A stretch of 64,000 nucleotides of DNA, taken from contig NC_043022.1 of assembly GCF_006345805.1 (NCBI RefSeq), positions 24,924,001-24,988,000 of the forward strand, in the 5' to 3' direction. This DNA comes from Octopus sinensis. Taxonomy: Eukaryota. The notes beneath the pieces are model-generated. The model had not been told where the DNA came from. It made no database searches and saw only the letters and a program-made list of their open reading frames with translations. Made by a program: the position numbers and the translations under genes. Shown in pieces: positions 41,290 to 52,831 of this stretch (positions are counted from its first letter, which is position 1; each line of letters begins with the position of its first letter).

Positions 41290-42382
41290 CAAAAGCTATA
41301 TTTGAAGACTTGTCTCTCAATGTTTAACAATTTGCTAATCTCCTCGGGTATGGCTCTCCTCTGAGGGTACATCCACATTCATATTCAACGTGGTGCTGCT
41401 CTTTTTCGACATTTTTCTATAAATTCCATGCACTCCTTCGACAAGAGCATTTTCTATTAAATATTCCTGTCTTTTGTGCCAAACGCTTTGTGTTGTTTCG
41501 CGTACACAGAAATCCATTTTATATGCAAAAACGAGGCAGAAACATTATTGGCGATCGATCTGTAACAACCTTACGCCACTGTCTTTCTTATCCTGCCAGC
41601 CACATAATTATTTTCTCAGCAGTCAGTAACTTCTCTGGTTTCTACAGAGCAAATGGGGCTTTAATTCATTAAAAGCTCCTGGAATTTCATAAAATGGAAG
41701 GAATGTCAACGTAGACAAATGACACATTTTTTTCTTTTTTTCAACTGAAGTTTCCGTTGCTGCCATAACACGTTGCCAATCCTCTCATCTGAATTTTCCG
41801 CCAAATGCATTGGAATAAAAAGAAAAAAAAAAAAGAGAAAGAAACAATGACAGAAAGAAAAAGAAGAAAAGAAAGAAGGAAAAATATTGTTAAGATATTG
41901 AAATTCCCATTTAGAATATTTGATCGCATGCAATTCCAAGTCTGTCATTATGGTTTTGGGATACAGTTGCAATCCTTTTCTTGTGTTAATCCTACAAATC
42001 TTCAAATAAGCATTTATAAAGTACTTCGCTTTGTCCACTTGTTAATACTTAAATGAAAGTAATAAATTCTAAAATGTTCAGATCCAACAGGGACATAAAT
42101 TGTATAAAGTTGATAAAATATAGTGGGAACAGTTTTTAAAGTGCCATCCATTATCGAAAGTAAACCATGCGCTAATTCCTGTATGTTAGATTTTCGGGTT
42201 GATTATAAGACGTCTTCGACATTCAGCCCCTTAGCAATAAATTCACTATTTGATGTGTTACAATAACACTAGAAGAAACACCATAGCAACAAGTGTTTTT
42301 GGTTCAGGGGATGGTTCGGCTTCTTCAGTTCTATTTATACGTAACTCTTTGAAGGTAGGTATGACGCTATGGAGTCATTCAA
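41290..42382 (-). pseudogene. Decayed Mutator-like (MULE) transposase, DDE and C-terminal part
   Basis: Frame-broken pieces: SIASYLPS, KSNIQELAHGLLSIMDGTLKTVPTIFYQLYTIYVPVG, QSEVLYKCLFEDL, PKTIMTDLE, QCIWRKIQMRGLA, KEQHHVEYEC..LRGEP. These are collinear with MULE transposases. Confidence 0.8.
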
Positions 42383-42385
42383 CAT

Positions 42386-42717
42386 GGGCATATGGTGTGT
42401 GGTTAAGATAGCAGGCTACTAACCCTAAGATTCCGAGTTCGATTCCAAGTAGTGACCTGAACAACAACAACAACAACAACAATAATAATAAGGTCATGCA
42501 CTGTTAATGTTGATATGAGATCACCATGTCGTGCACATATAGTTGTGATGCATGTGCCTGGTGTACCCTTATCAGAAGGGTAGTCATGATGGGTATACTG
42601 GGCTTCGTATATTTTACCCCAGTGTCACTTTGATGGCATGTACTGCTCTCTCACTCAACAAGAAGGAAGAAGAAGAAGAAGAAGAAGAAGAAGAAGAAGA
42701 AGAAAATAATAATAATA

Positions 42718-42748
<31 letters not shown>

Positions 42749-42982
42749 TAATAATAATAATAATCATGATGATAATAAATAATAATAATAACATCGAAAA
42801 ATACCTTAGGAATGGGAACCCAGGTTCGAAATTTTCCCAAGCCACCTAAAGAAGGCCGGAGGGTATATCAACTGAAACGTGTTAACAACAAACAAGATGA
42901 GGACAAATATCCGTTGAATGTAAATAATATAAATAATGTAAATAATGCTCATAATTCCTCATCTATTAGATATAGAACTGTA
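42386..42982 (+). mobile_element. tRNA-headed SINE (family E) with internal (AAC/AAT)n and a Penelope-like 3' region; interrupted by a family F fragment
   Basis: A/B boxes GTGGTTAAGA and GAGTTCGATTCC at 42397-42452. The body resumes at ~42790 after the microsatellite. Confidence 0.65.
42490..42657 (+). mobile_element. 3' fragment of repeat family F nested in SINE E
   Basis: Near-identical to 53223-53390 (AAGGTCATGCACTG...CTCTCTCACTCAA). Confidence 0.85.
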
Positions 42983-43150
42983 CTACGTATATGCTTGTTA
43001 TTTTGGAAGGCAGACTTCATGCATTTTTTTTGCCTGTAATTTTGTTTCGTTTACACCTGGGATTCTCAACTGGGGTCCATATGATCATATGACCATATGA
43101 CCCTTTGTCGTTAAAATTTATGTGTAATAACTTGGTTATACTTTTACAAT

Positions 43151-43525
43151 TCTTTTATTCTTTTATTTGTTTCAGTCATTTGACTGCGGCCATGCTGGGG
43201 CACCACCTTTAGTCGAGCAAATCGCCCCCAGGACATATTCTTTGTAAGCCTAGTACTTATTCTATCGGATCTCTTTTGCCAAACTGCTAAGTTGTGAGGA
43301 TGTAAACACACCAACATCGGTTGTGAAGTGATGGGGGACAGACACACATATATATACAGATATACGACAGGTTTATTTCAGTTTCCACCTACCAAATCCA
43401 CTCACAAGGCTTTGCTCGCCCCGAGGCTATAGTAGAAAACACTTGCCCAAGGTGCTACGCAGTGGAACTGAACCCGAGACCATGTGGTTGATAAGCAAGC
43501 TTCTTACTACACATCCACACCTGCG
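43151..43525 (-). mobile_element. SINE family B, full length
   Basis: Same sequence as the other family B copies. Confidence 0.9.
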
Positions 43526-43552
43526 TCTAATATTAAAATTTTTTTTATACAA

Positions 43553-43955
43553 TCTTGTATTATAAAAGAGAAGCTGATCTCCGTCTACCTGTCCGTAACA
43601 GAGAGAGGGAAGGAGAGGAGAAAAGTTGTTGAGAGAGAAATACAGTGAGAGAGAGATTAAGAGAGAAAGAGAGAGAGAGAGAAAAGAGAGGGAGAGAGGG
43701 AGAGAGACAGAGTGTGCGCATGAAAGATGGAGAAATAGGTAGTGTTGTCACCTTAGTAACAAATAAGTTTTAATGCAACTTGTGAGAATTTTAAGTGCAA
43801 GTCTGTCAACACAACGCAACACACACTTAAAAAAAGACTGTATGTATATACATATAGACATCGTAATACAAACTTTAGAAAAGACACAATTTTTTAAAGT
43901 ACGTGCACGATTAACAAATAATTCTACTGGCAGTGTAGCGACAGACAAGACCTAG
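43553..43955 (+). mobile_element. Non-autonomous Helitron-like element, family H3, with internal (GA)n
   Basis: A|TCTTGTATTATAAAAG ... CTGGCAGTGTAGCGACAG ACAAGAC CTAG|T. Removing it rejoins ...TATACAA|TTTCTAAG of the host MITE. Confidence 0.6.
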
Positions 43956-44089
43956 TTTCTAAGAATATCTAATTATAAAAATATAATGGAATGTTTTTCA
44001 ACATGGAGCAGCTATGGGGGTCCAATCGAATAAAATATGAACCAAAGGGGGCCATAGAAAAAAAGTGGCTGAGTACCACTGGTCTGTAC

Positions 44090-44330
44090 TATTTGAAACC
44101 GTCACTGCAGTTAATCTAGAAAGTGGTTGTGGTCTGAAAATTTTTCAAGCTTTTGCTGTCCATTTGATAGCCTGGTTAATATTCAGTCTCCACAATTAAG
44201 CAATTAAGCGATTTCCTGTTTTCGCAGCACCAATAATAATTAGCTTTTAAATTTAGATGTTTCATCATTAAATAGTCTCCTATCTTTAACTTACCGCAGT
44301 CATTTTTTTCTATGAGGGAAAATGTTCGTG
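44090..44330 (-). pseudogene. FLYWCH-type zinc finger, N-terminal part of the MULE relic
   Basis: GKLKIGDYLMMKHLNLKANYYWCCENRKSLNC. After removing an 8-bp duplication (CTTAATTG) it continues GD*ILTRLSNGQQKLEKFSDHNH. Confidence 0.7.
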
Positions 44331-44419
44331 GATTTCTTTCATTGTGTTGTAAGAGTGTGCAGTAAGAAAGATTTCTCAGCATAGTAAGTACATAGCTACC
44401 TACAAACATAATACATACA

Positions 44420-44523
44420 TACTCTTTACACTTTGTTTCAGTCATTTGACAGCGGCCATGCTGGAGCACCGCATTTATAGTCGAGCAAATCGACCCCAGA
44501 GCTTATTCTTTGTAAGCCTAGTA
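44420..44523 (-). mobile_element. SINE B 3' fragment
   Basis: TTTCAGTCATTTGACAGCGGCCATGCTGGAGCACCGC...TTCTTTGTAAGCCTAGT. Confidence 0.8.
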
Positions 44524-44552
44524 AGTAGCTTGCTTACGTATATATGTATATA

Positions 44553-44850
44553 CTAGCAGTATTGCCCAGCGTTGCTCGGGTTTGTAAGGGAAATAACTAT
44601 ATAAGCATTTTTAGAGAGTTACTTCCCTTATATAATAGCAAAAAAATACATTAAAAATGGGAAAAAATTATGGTAAATTTTTTTTAAATTGTAGACTCAT
44701 CGTAGACGCACGCTAATACCCAGAAGGGCTCGATATAAATCATGACTATAAGATACCCGCTTTTGGTTAAACTGCACCGCAAAATGTGGGAGTAGTTAGG
44801 AATCTAAATAGTAAGAGACAGACACACAACTTCACTTTTATATATAAAGA
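44553..44850 (-). mobile_element. Non-autonomous Helitron, family H2 (H1-like termini, different interior)
   Basis: Plus strand A|CTAGCAGTATTGCCCAGCGTTGCTCGGG ... ACAACTTCACTTTTATATATAAAGA|T. Confidence 0.8.
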
Positions 44851-44852
44851 TA

Positions 44853-45079
44853 TGTGTGTGCGTTTGTGTGTCTGTGCTTCTCCCCCTCCCAACATCGCTT
44901 GACAACCGATGCTGATGTGTTTACGTCCCCGTAACTTAGTGGTTCGGCAAAAGGAGATCCGATAGAATAAGTACAAGGCTTACAAAGAATAAGTCCTGGG
45001 GTCGATTTGCTCGACTAAAGGCGGTGCTCCAGCATGGCCACAGTCACGTGACTGAAACAAGTAAAAGAGAAAAAGAGAG
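44853..45079 (+). mobile_element. SINE B 3' half
   Basis: CATCGCTTGACAACCGATGCT...GACTGAAACAAGTAAAAGAG. Confidence 0.85.
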
Positions 45080-45103
45080 TATATATATATATGTATATAC
45101 TTT

Positions 45104-45135
<32 letters not shown>

Positions 45136-45348
45136 GAAAACTCAAGTAAATACTTATTGTAAGGCATACGCAATGAGCTTGTGAAGCATCAGCCGACTCA
45201 GTTTAGTAACCAAATGTCTAAGAACAGCAAAAACGACAATAATAATAATGATAATAATAATAATAATAATAATGATAATAATAATAATAATAATAATTAT
45301 TATTATTATTATCATTATTATTATTATCATCATTATTATTATTATTAT

Positions 45349-45747
45349 TACTCTTTTACTCTTTTACTTGTTTCAGTCATTTGACTGCGGCCATGCTGGA
45401 GCACCACCTTTAGTCGAGCAAATCGACCCCGGGATTTATTCTTTGTAAGCCCAGTACTTATTCTATTGGTCTCTTTTGCCGAACTGCTAAGTGACGGGGA
45501 CGTAAACACACCAGCATCGGTTGTCAAGCAATGCTAGGGGGACACACAAACACACACACACACATATATATATATACATATATACGACAGGCTTCTTTCA
45601 GTTTCCGTCTACCAAATCCACTCACAAGGCATTGGTTGGCCCGGGGCTATAGCAGAGACACTTGCCCAAGATGCCACGCAGTGGGACTGAACCCGGAACC
45701 ATGTGGTTGGTTAGCAAGCTACTTACCACACAGCCACACCTGCGCCT
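45349..45747 (-). mobile_element. SINE family B inserted into an (AAT/ATT)n microsatellite
   Basis: Full-length copy with ATT/ATC repeats on both sides (~45235-45348, ~45748-45890). Confidence 0.9.
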
Positions 45748-45840
45748 ATCATCATTATTATTATTATCATTATTATTATTATCGTTATTATTATTATCAT
45801 TATCATTATTATTATTATTATCATTATTATTATTATAATC

Positions 45841-45890
<50 letters not shown>

Positions 45891-47034
45891 GACAAATAAA
45901 ATAAAATATAATAAAAAAAAAAGTAAAAGTAGCAAAGCTGTGAACAAGTACTACAAGGTGTTATGCTGTAAGGAAGGAACAAAGAAAAGAATTCAGCATT
46001 TGTAGCAGAAAAAAACAGAAAAAGAAATTTACGTGAACAGAATGTTGTTCATCTTATCTGAAATAATATAAACGGTGAGCGGGAATTAACTGGATGGAGC
46101 AGAAGTGTGCACAATGATGCGATGCCATGAAAGAGTGAAGTTTGGGGGACATAAGGTGTGGGTGTGTGTGGTGGGACAGGTTTATGCGTTTGTGAGTGTA
46201 AGTGTGAGTGTGAGCATTATAAGGGAGGGATTCACTGCACACTTTCCAGACTTTAGTGTTTGGTATTAATGATAATGCTGTCTTCGAGATTATGACTGGT
46301 AGTCATTTATACCCGCAACCACATATATGCATACATCCAAACAACCCCACAGACATATATGTGCTTGCATGCATACATACATACATACATACATATATAT
46401 ATAATTATTATTATTTGATGGAATATAAATCCAAACTCACAGGGAAAAAATTCAAGTTAGAAATACTAAATCAAATTTCACACAATATAATATATATATA
46501 AAAAATTAGAAAAAAACCCCACCTTCTATCAATTCAAAATGAACAATTAAATTACACCATCTAGAAAATTACATGTAGTAGAAATATTAAAATTAAAATA
46601 ACAATAAAATATCAATGATTAAGTAAATTGCAAAAAAAGTAATAAAAATGTATATAATTGGTTGAATAACGACACATTTTATATATATATGTATAAGAAT
46701 TTTTTGCGTAATGAGATAAAAAAAACCAAGGCTGTGTAGATATTAGAACATTTATTGATAGAAGGTCTTACAGCTGCTTCCAGGATATTTATTAATTATA
46801 TCCCATCATCGGAGACGGTGTGAGAGGATGGCTAAGTTATAGTTAATTTAGATAGGATACAAAATAGAGAGTGAGGTGGATGAAAGAAAATAGATGTAAA
46901 ATATGTATGGGTATTAAATTTGTAGATCCATTTTTTAGGCAGAATGGTATATATGTAAGATTCCAATACCTTATGAGTAAAATGCATGCATACATACATA
47001 CATACATACATTACATACATACATACATACATAC

Positions 47035-48300
47035 ATGATGGCTGCAAATTCGTGTTCGAGTATTGCCATCGCCTGATCGAAAGTCCAACACATACGAAGG
47101 CTACGACCAGACACTTTCGTGATAAGTCTTACTCCTTTCAAGCGATGCCTGTGCATAATGATTTTTTTATAGTGGCGGAAAAGATTTGCACAAATCCAAT
47201 CGCACTCTGAACATAGACAAAATAAACTTGAAAAGAACTTATCTAAGATGATGAATAAAAAAGTAATGCCATTTTGTTTAGGATAGATATAATTAACAAC
47301 ACAAGAATATGTATCATACATCAAGATGAAGCTGGTCCTCTGTGGAACACATCCCTACTTCTTAACATAGTCACCGTTTCTCTCAATAGCAATGTTCCAC
47401 CTTCGAATGAGAGCATGTATACCTACCCTGTAAAATTCTGTTGACTGTTCTTTGAGTCACTTCTTCACTACAGTTTTCACTTCCTCGTCACTGGAATAAT
47501 GTTTGCTTCTCAAACCCTCTTTCATGGGGCCGAAGAGATGGTAGTCCAGTGACAATGATAGTCCATTTAATTTTAATATATTGAATTGTAATTGTATGAA
47601 CACCAAGAACTCCGTTGGCAATTGTCAAGTCAAAGAATTGGCTAACTCCGTTAATCTTCAGTTCAGGTTTAACAGCTAGCACATTTAATAATAGATTTCA
47701 TCAACATATATACTAGTTTAGAATCAGAATAAGAAAGTCAACGCTATACTCGAATTTGGAAAAGAATAATACATCTGTTATATACAATGGAAAATTCTAT
47801 TCTTTTTCAAAACTTTATAGAAGTATCAAAAGCTTTGTCACATTTGTACCACTGAATCCTATGAAATCGTGTTCTTCAACCGCCAACTGTTTAATTGACA
47901 TCAAAATTAGTTACATCATGTAAAAATAGAATCTTCAAAATATGAAAATACTTTAAACCAATCATGAATCCAAAGAGCTAATGCTTCTCTAAGCACGCCA
48001 CCCGCCTCCTCTATACATATCTATGAAATGTATTCACGTAACTCGTATTATTATCCATGAGTAAATAGATCAACTAAAAAGTATCTGATTTATTAAACAT
48101 AATTACCAACTTTGCAGGTTCTAATAGTATCTGTAGCCGGAAAGGAAAATTTTATTAGCAATTACTATATCATGATATTAAGCATTGTTTCCAAGCACGC
48201 TAATGTTCTACCAGCATTCTGCATTCACAACTTTCATTCTTAGCCTTCAACAATTTTCCGATTAACTGTAATAGCTAATTATATATTACTGTAACTCCAT
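47035..48300 (-). pseudogene. Heavily decayed Helitron PIF1-like helicase relic, interrupted by a mariner fragment
   Basis: Ordered motif remnants across frames: IGKLLK..ECRM (cf. DECTM), GNN, IFLSG..QIL (cf. LSGDFRQIL), ACL..LW..FKVF, FPN, PTEFL, ITKVSGRSLRMC (cf. INKSQGQSLSVC). By-eye match only. Confidence 0.5.
47262..47553 (-). mobile_element. Mariner transposase 3' fragment (same family as 40428)
   Basis: Minus: DYHLFGPMKEGLRSKHYSSDEEVKTVVKK..., collinear with the 40428 copy. Confidence 0.85.
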
Positions 48301-48707
48301 ATTCAGATCTTTAATATCTTCGAGTTAAATGTTCTTCGCATATTCCCTTATACACTGATTGCTTAAGATTTATGCTTCCATGTATAAATATAGGCATAAC
48401 ACGACTTTGGTCGTTTCGATTTACGTACTTTTCGAATTTATGTCATTTTTAAAGAAAAAATAAATTCAACTTCAGTTGATTTATCCGACTTTATATCGGT
48501 TTCAGAGAACATATTTAAAAGCATAAAATTAAAAGAAAACACTTAAAAACCAATACTGAAGTTGGTTAAATAAATGAAAAAATGTGTATAAGACACTTAT
48601 TGAAACATATAAGCCAATAAGATTTAAAACAATGTTTCCAGCATGGCCGCAGTCTAATGATTGAAGCAAGTAACAAAAAAAAAAAGGTTAAAAAGAAAAT
48701 ATACATA

Positions 48708-49102
48708 GGAGTGGCTGTGTGGTAAGTAGCTTGTTTACCAACCACATGGTTCCGGGTTCAGTCCCACTGTGTGGCACCTTGGGCAAGTGTCTTCTGCTAT
48801 AGCCTCGGGCCGACCAATGCCTTGTGAGTGGATTTGGTAGACGGAAACTGAAAGAAGCCCGTCGTATATATGTATATATATATATATATATAGATGTATG
48901 TGTGAGTGTTTGTCCTCCTAGCATTGCTTGACAACCGATGCTGGTGTGTTTATGTCCCCGTCACTTAGCGGTTCGGCAAAAGAGACCGATAGAATAAGTA
49001 CTGGGCTTACAAAGAATAAGTCCCGGGGTCGATTTGCTCGACTAAAGGTGGTGCTCCAGCATGGCTGCAGTCAAATGACTGAAACAAGTAAAAGAGTAAA
49101 AG
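48708..49102 (+). mobile_element. SINE family B, full length
   Basis: GGAGTGGCTGTGTGGTAAGTAGC ... GAAACAAGTAAAAGAGTAAAAGA. Confidence 0.92.
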
Positions 49103-49116
49103 ATATATATATAAAT

Positions 49117-49404
49117 GGAGGCACATGATCTAGTGGTTAGAGCAGCGGACTCGCAGTCGAGGGATCGCGGGTTCGAATCTCAGACCGGCCAATGTGTGAG
49201 CTTATGAGCGAAACACCTCTCCGGCAGAAGGTAATGGTGAACTCCTGCTGACTCTTTTGCCACAACTTTCTCTCACTCTTTCCTCCTGTATCTTGCAGCT
49301 CACCTGCGACGGACCGGCGTCCCGTCCAGGTGGGGAACCTTTGCACCAAGGAAACCGAGAAACCGGCCCTAATGAGCCAGGTGTGACTCGAGAAGGAACA
49401 AACA

Positions 49405-49408
<4 letters not shown>
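49117..49408 (+). mobile_element. tRNA-derived SINE, family D
   Basis: A box TAGTGGTTAGAG, B box GGTTCGAATC. Central CCTGCGACGGACCGGCGTCCCGTCCAGG. (AAAC)n tail running into (TA)n. Confidence 0.75.
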
Positions 49409-49474
<66 letters not shown>

Positions 49475-49600
49475 TACATACATATCTCTACATTGATATA
49501 TACACGGACACGGGTTCACACATGCACACAGACTTACACACACACATATACATATACGCATGCATACACATCTACATATACACACATACATACATACATT

Positions 49601-50250
49601 CATACCAATCAACTAAATGCCTGATGCACAAAAGGGACAGAAATGTTGGAAAAGCAGTAAAATGTGACAACTGATGCAGACTTTGTGGGGTTAAAACCCA
49701 AGATATCAACCACATCATAAGCAGTTGTCCGAAAATGTCATCACGGTTTTTATCTATCCGATGACACTTGATGTTGTAGCTAGGACTCTACATAATAAAA
49801 TCCGTCGGAAGGATAACCCCGAGGACAAAGAATCAATAACCCACAGTATGGCGGAATAAAAAGGAGTACCAGTGGAATGTCCCAGTGAAAACCTCAATAA
49901 AATGTAAGCACAATAGACCAGATATCGTGATTTGGGATGGAAATCAGCTGCCCAGCAGATGTTAACATAAAGCTGAAGACCAGTGAAAAAGAGAATACCT
50001 ACACTGAACTATTGAGAAATCTGCTGTTGCTCTATCCAGATTACAAGTTCAGGTTTATACCTGTAATTATTATGTAATACACTGTCTAAATACCAATCTT
50101 GAGAAATTAGGCTTCTCGAAACCAGAAAGGAGAAAGCTAATTCGAAGACTACAGACCCAATCCATCACTGGAAGTGTAAATATCTGTAAAACCTTCCAGA
50201 AGTTTATCTTTTAAGAATATACGAGCATGTCTAGATATGCAAGTATATGT
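49601..50250 (+). mobile_element. 3' fragment of an RLE-type (R4/Dong-like) non-LTR retrotransposon
   Basis: CCHC knuckle CRLCGVKTQDINHIISSC (49675-49728), KHNRPDIVIWD, SCPADVN, FRFIPVII, end ...ICKTFQKFIF* at 50214. Contains stops and frameshifts. Confidence 0.8.
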
Positions 50251-50326
50251 ATGAGAAGACATATATAAAACAAAACAAAAAAAATGTATGTATATATATA
50301 TTATATTTTACATACATAAATACATG

Positions 50327-50372
<46 letters not shown>

Positions 50373-50419
50373 ATATATCTATATATATATATCTATATAT
50401 ATATATATATATATATATA

Positions 50420-50454
<35 letters not shown>

Positions 50455-50455
<1 letters not shown>

Positions 50456-50700
50456 CAAACCCCTCCCCCCCCCCCCGTCAATGGATGGTGCTGAGTTGTC
50501 AAACATTTAAACCAAATTTTCTGAAAACAACTATCGTTCGCATTCTCACCTGGAATCGATTTTTGTAATTTTTTCAAGACTTTTATACATGCCCTGATAC
50601 CGTCGGTATCTACATATCAAATTTGAGAGCAATCGGATGGAGGATGCCCGAGATCCTAGAAGACACACACACACACAGACAGAACGGATTTTATATAATA
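50455..50700 (-). mobile_element. Possible partial Helitron/DINE-like non-autonomous element
   Basis: Ends in CAAATTTGAGAGCAATCGG...(AC)n AGACAGAACGGATTTTATATAATA, like the 5' ends of H1/H2 read in reverse. The CTAG end was not found. Confidence 0.3.
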
Positions 50701-51245
50701 TACATAAATACATATAATTTTATATATATACATAAATACATATAATTTTATATATATACATAAATACATATAATCGCACACACACACACACACACATATA
50801 GAGAGAAACTAAAAATGTAATATGTATGTGGTATAAGACCTACATACATTCTATTATCATTCTTCCAATTTAAAAAAGGATTCTCTTCTTTTCATCTCAT
50901 AAACCCATAAATAACGTGTAATTCTAAAAATTTACAACAAAGTCTTTTAAATAATTGAAAAATTGAAATAATAGAAAAATTGAAATTTGTAAAGAACATG
51001 GTCAGTAATTGATTAACTTTCATTAACTTAGACCTACCTTCATTCTTTGCTTCTATCTCCAACCCTTAAGGTGGTGCTCTAGCATGGCCGCAGTTAAATC
51101 ACTGAAACAAGTAAAAGAATGCATAAGTATTGGAAATAAACCAAAAAGGGTAAAATGAAAGGGTGGCAGATTAAGAAATAGGGGTCTGAGAGCGCCCCAT
51201 ATAGGGTTTTGCGTGTATGTATTCTATGCACAAATAATATTTATA

Positions 51246-51477
51246 TTTCTTTACTACCCACAAGGGGCTAAACATAGAGGGGACAAACAAGGACAGACAA
51301 AGGGATTAAGTCGATTACATCGACCCCAGTGCAAAACTGGTACTTTATTTATCGACCCCGAGAGGATGGAAGGCAAAGTCGACCTCGGCGGAATTTGAAC
51401 TCAGAATGTAATGACAGACGAAATACCGCTAAGAATTTCGCCCGGCGCGCTAACGTTTCTGCCAGCTCGCAGCCTTA
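51246..51477 (-). mobile_element. SINE family A, full length
   Basis: TTTCTTTACTACCCACAAGG ... GCCAGCTCGCAGCCTTA. Confidence 0.92.
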
Positions 51478-51599
51478 AATGCGCAAATAATATATACATG
51501 CACAAAAACATACACACATGTACACATACATACATACATACATATTGCTCTTTCCCCAAATATACACGCGCACACACACACAGACACAGACACACACAG

Positions 51600-51642
<43 letters not shown>

Positions 51643-51852
51643 TGTAGATTAAAATCAAACTAAGCAACAAGGATATCCAGAGGTAATGCTTGTTGCTTAT
51701 TTTGTTTTTAATTACTTTGAAATTGTATGGATAATAACCGTACCAAATTGTGGTACCTCAACTTAAGTCCCATAATTCATCTGAATCTAATTTTTTGCTG
51801 AACTTTTCTACCATACCAAAAGTATATAGATGTGTGTGTGTATATATATATA

Positions 51853-52250
51853 TGTGGCTGTGTGGTAAGTAGCTTGCTAACCAACCACATGGTTCCGGGT
51901 TCAGTCCCTCTGCGTGGCATCTTGGGCAAGTGTCTTCTGCTTTAGCCCCGGGCCGACCAATGCCTTGTGAGTGGATTTGTTAGACGGAAACTGAAAGAAG
52001 CCTGTCGTATATATGTATATATATATATATGCATGTGTGTGTGTGTTTGTGCATCTGTGTTTGTCCCCCTAGCATTGCTTGACAACCGATGCTGGTGTGT
52101 TTACGTCCCCGTCACTTAGCGGTTCAGCAAAAGAGACCGATAGAATAAATACTGGGCTTACAAAGAATAAGTCCTGGGGTCGATTTGCTCGACTAAAGGC
52201 GGTGCTCCAGCATGGCCGCAGTCAAATGACTGAAACAAGTAAAAGAGTAA
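51853..52250 (+). mobile_element. SINE family B, full length
   Basis: Collinear with the 48708 copy. Confidence 0.92.
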
Positions 52251-52796
52251 ATATATATATATTAGTAAACAGTAAACGATAAGAGTTACATTAAATAAAT
52301 TAATAAATTGTTGAATATGAAATAAACAGCATTCAGAAAACGTAGAAATTATTCTCGGATTCACTTTTCCTCTTCATAATAATGTATATTAAGATTATAA
52401 CGACTATATTTAAAACAGATGTAATAATTATGTGATAATGAATGACAAAGAATGATTTAATATATATCGGGAATACGTATAGGTAGAATATACAGTTAAT
52501 GAATTAAATATGTACAGAATATTAATTATAAAGAACTTTGTAGAACGGGTTGTAAATCAAACGCAAAAATTGTAATTGACAGATAACGCCAGTTTATTAT
52601 CAGATGCTAAGAGGGAGTAACTACTAGGTAATTTAGTTTAAGCGTATAAAACGTGCTTAAAGTGCTTCTTCCGCGATCGTATTTGTAGAATGTATAATAC
52701 ATAAGACGAATATTTAATTAATTACAATGATCTGATGATGTATTGATAGGGGTGAACAGTACTTTAGGTCAATTTATGAAAATAGAAATAATAATA

Positions 52797-52830
<34 letters not shown>

Positions 52831-52831
<1 letters not shown>

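Larger units (their letters stand above)
43057..44081. mobile_element. hAT-like MITE expanded by a nested SINE B and a nested Helitron
   Basis: Ends CTGGGATTCTCAAC / GCTGAGTACCACTG. Diverged 8-bp flanks GTTTACAC / GTCTGTAC. GGGGTCCA repeats near both ends. Confidence 0.6.

Noticed and set aside
41290-41680. Alternative genetic code (TAA/TAG read as Gln) suggested by frames broken mainly by TAA/TAG
   Set aside because: Explained by a decayed MULE transposase with frameshifts in AT-rich DNA.
43560-43950. Exon-like segments after a long pyrimidine tract
   Set aside because: They lie inside the H3 Helitron-like insertion nested in a MITE.
45930-46080. Possible 25-nt micro-exon (46058-46034) and 68-nt intron with strong splice signals on the minus strand
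   Set aside because: No recognisable product or connected exons. Purine-rich tracts here create acceptor look-alikes by chance.
47035-48265. Five-exon minus-strand host gene model (48265-48212, 48130-48107, 48020-47952, 47886-47850, 47206-47035) with phase-consistent GT-AG introns
   Set aside because: The same bases carry ordered Helitron helicase motif remnants, and one donor lies in a microsatellite. Not fully excluded without RNA-seq.
49117-49190. tRNA gene (also 42386-42460 and the SINE A/B heads)
   Set aside because: A/B boxes are present but acceptor and anticodon stems do not pair, and the sequence continues into a SINE body.
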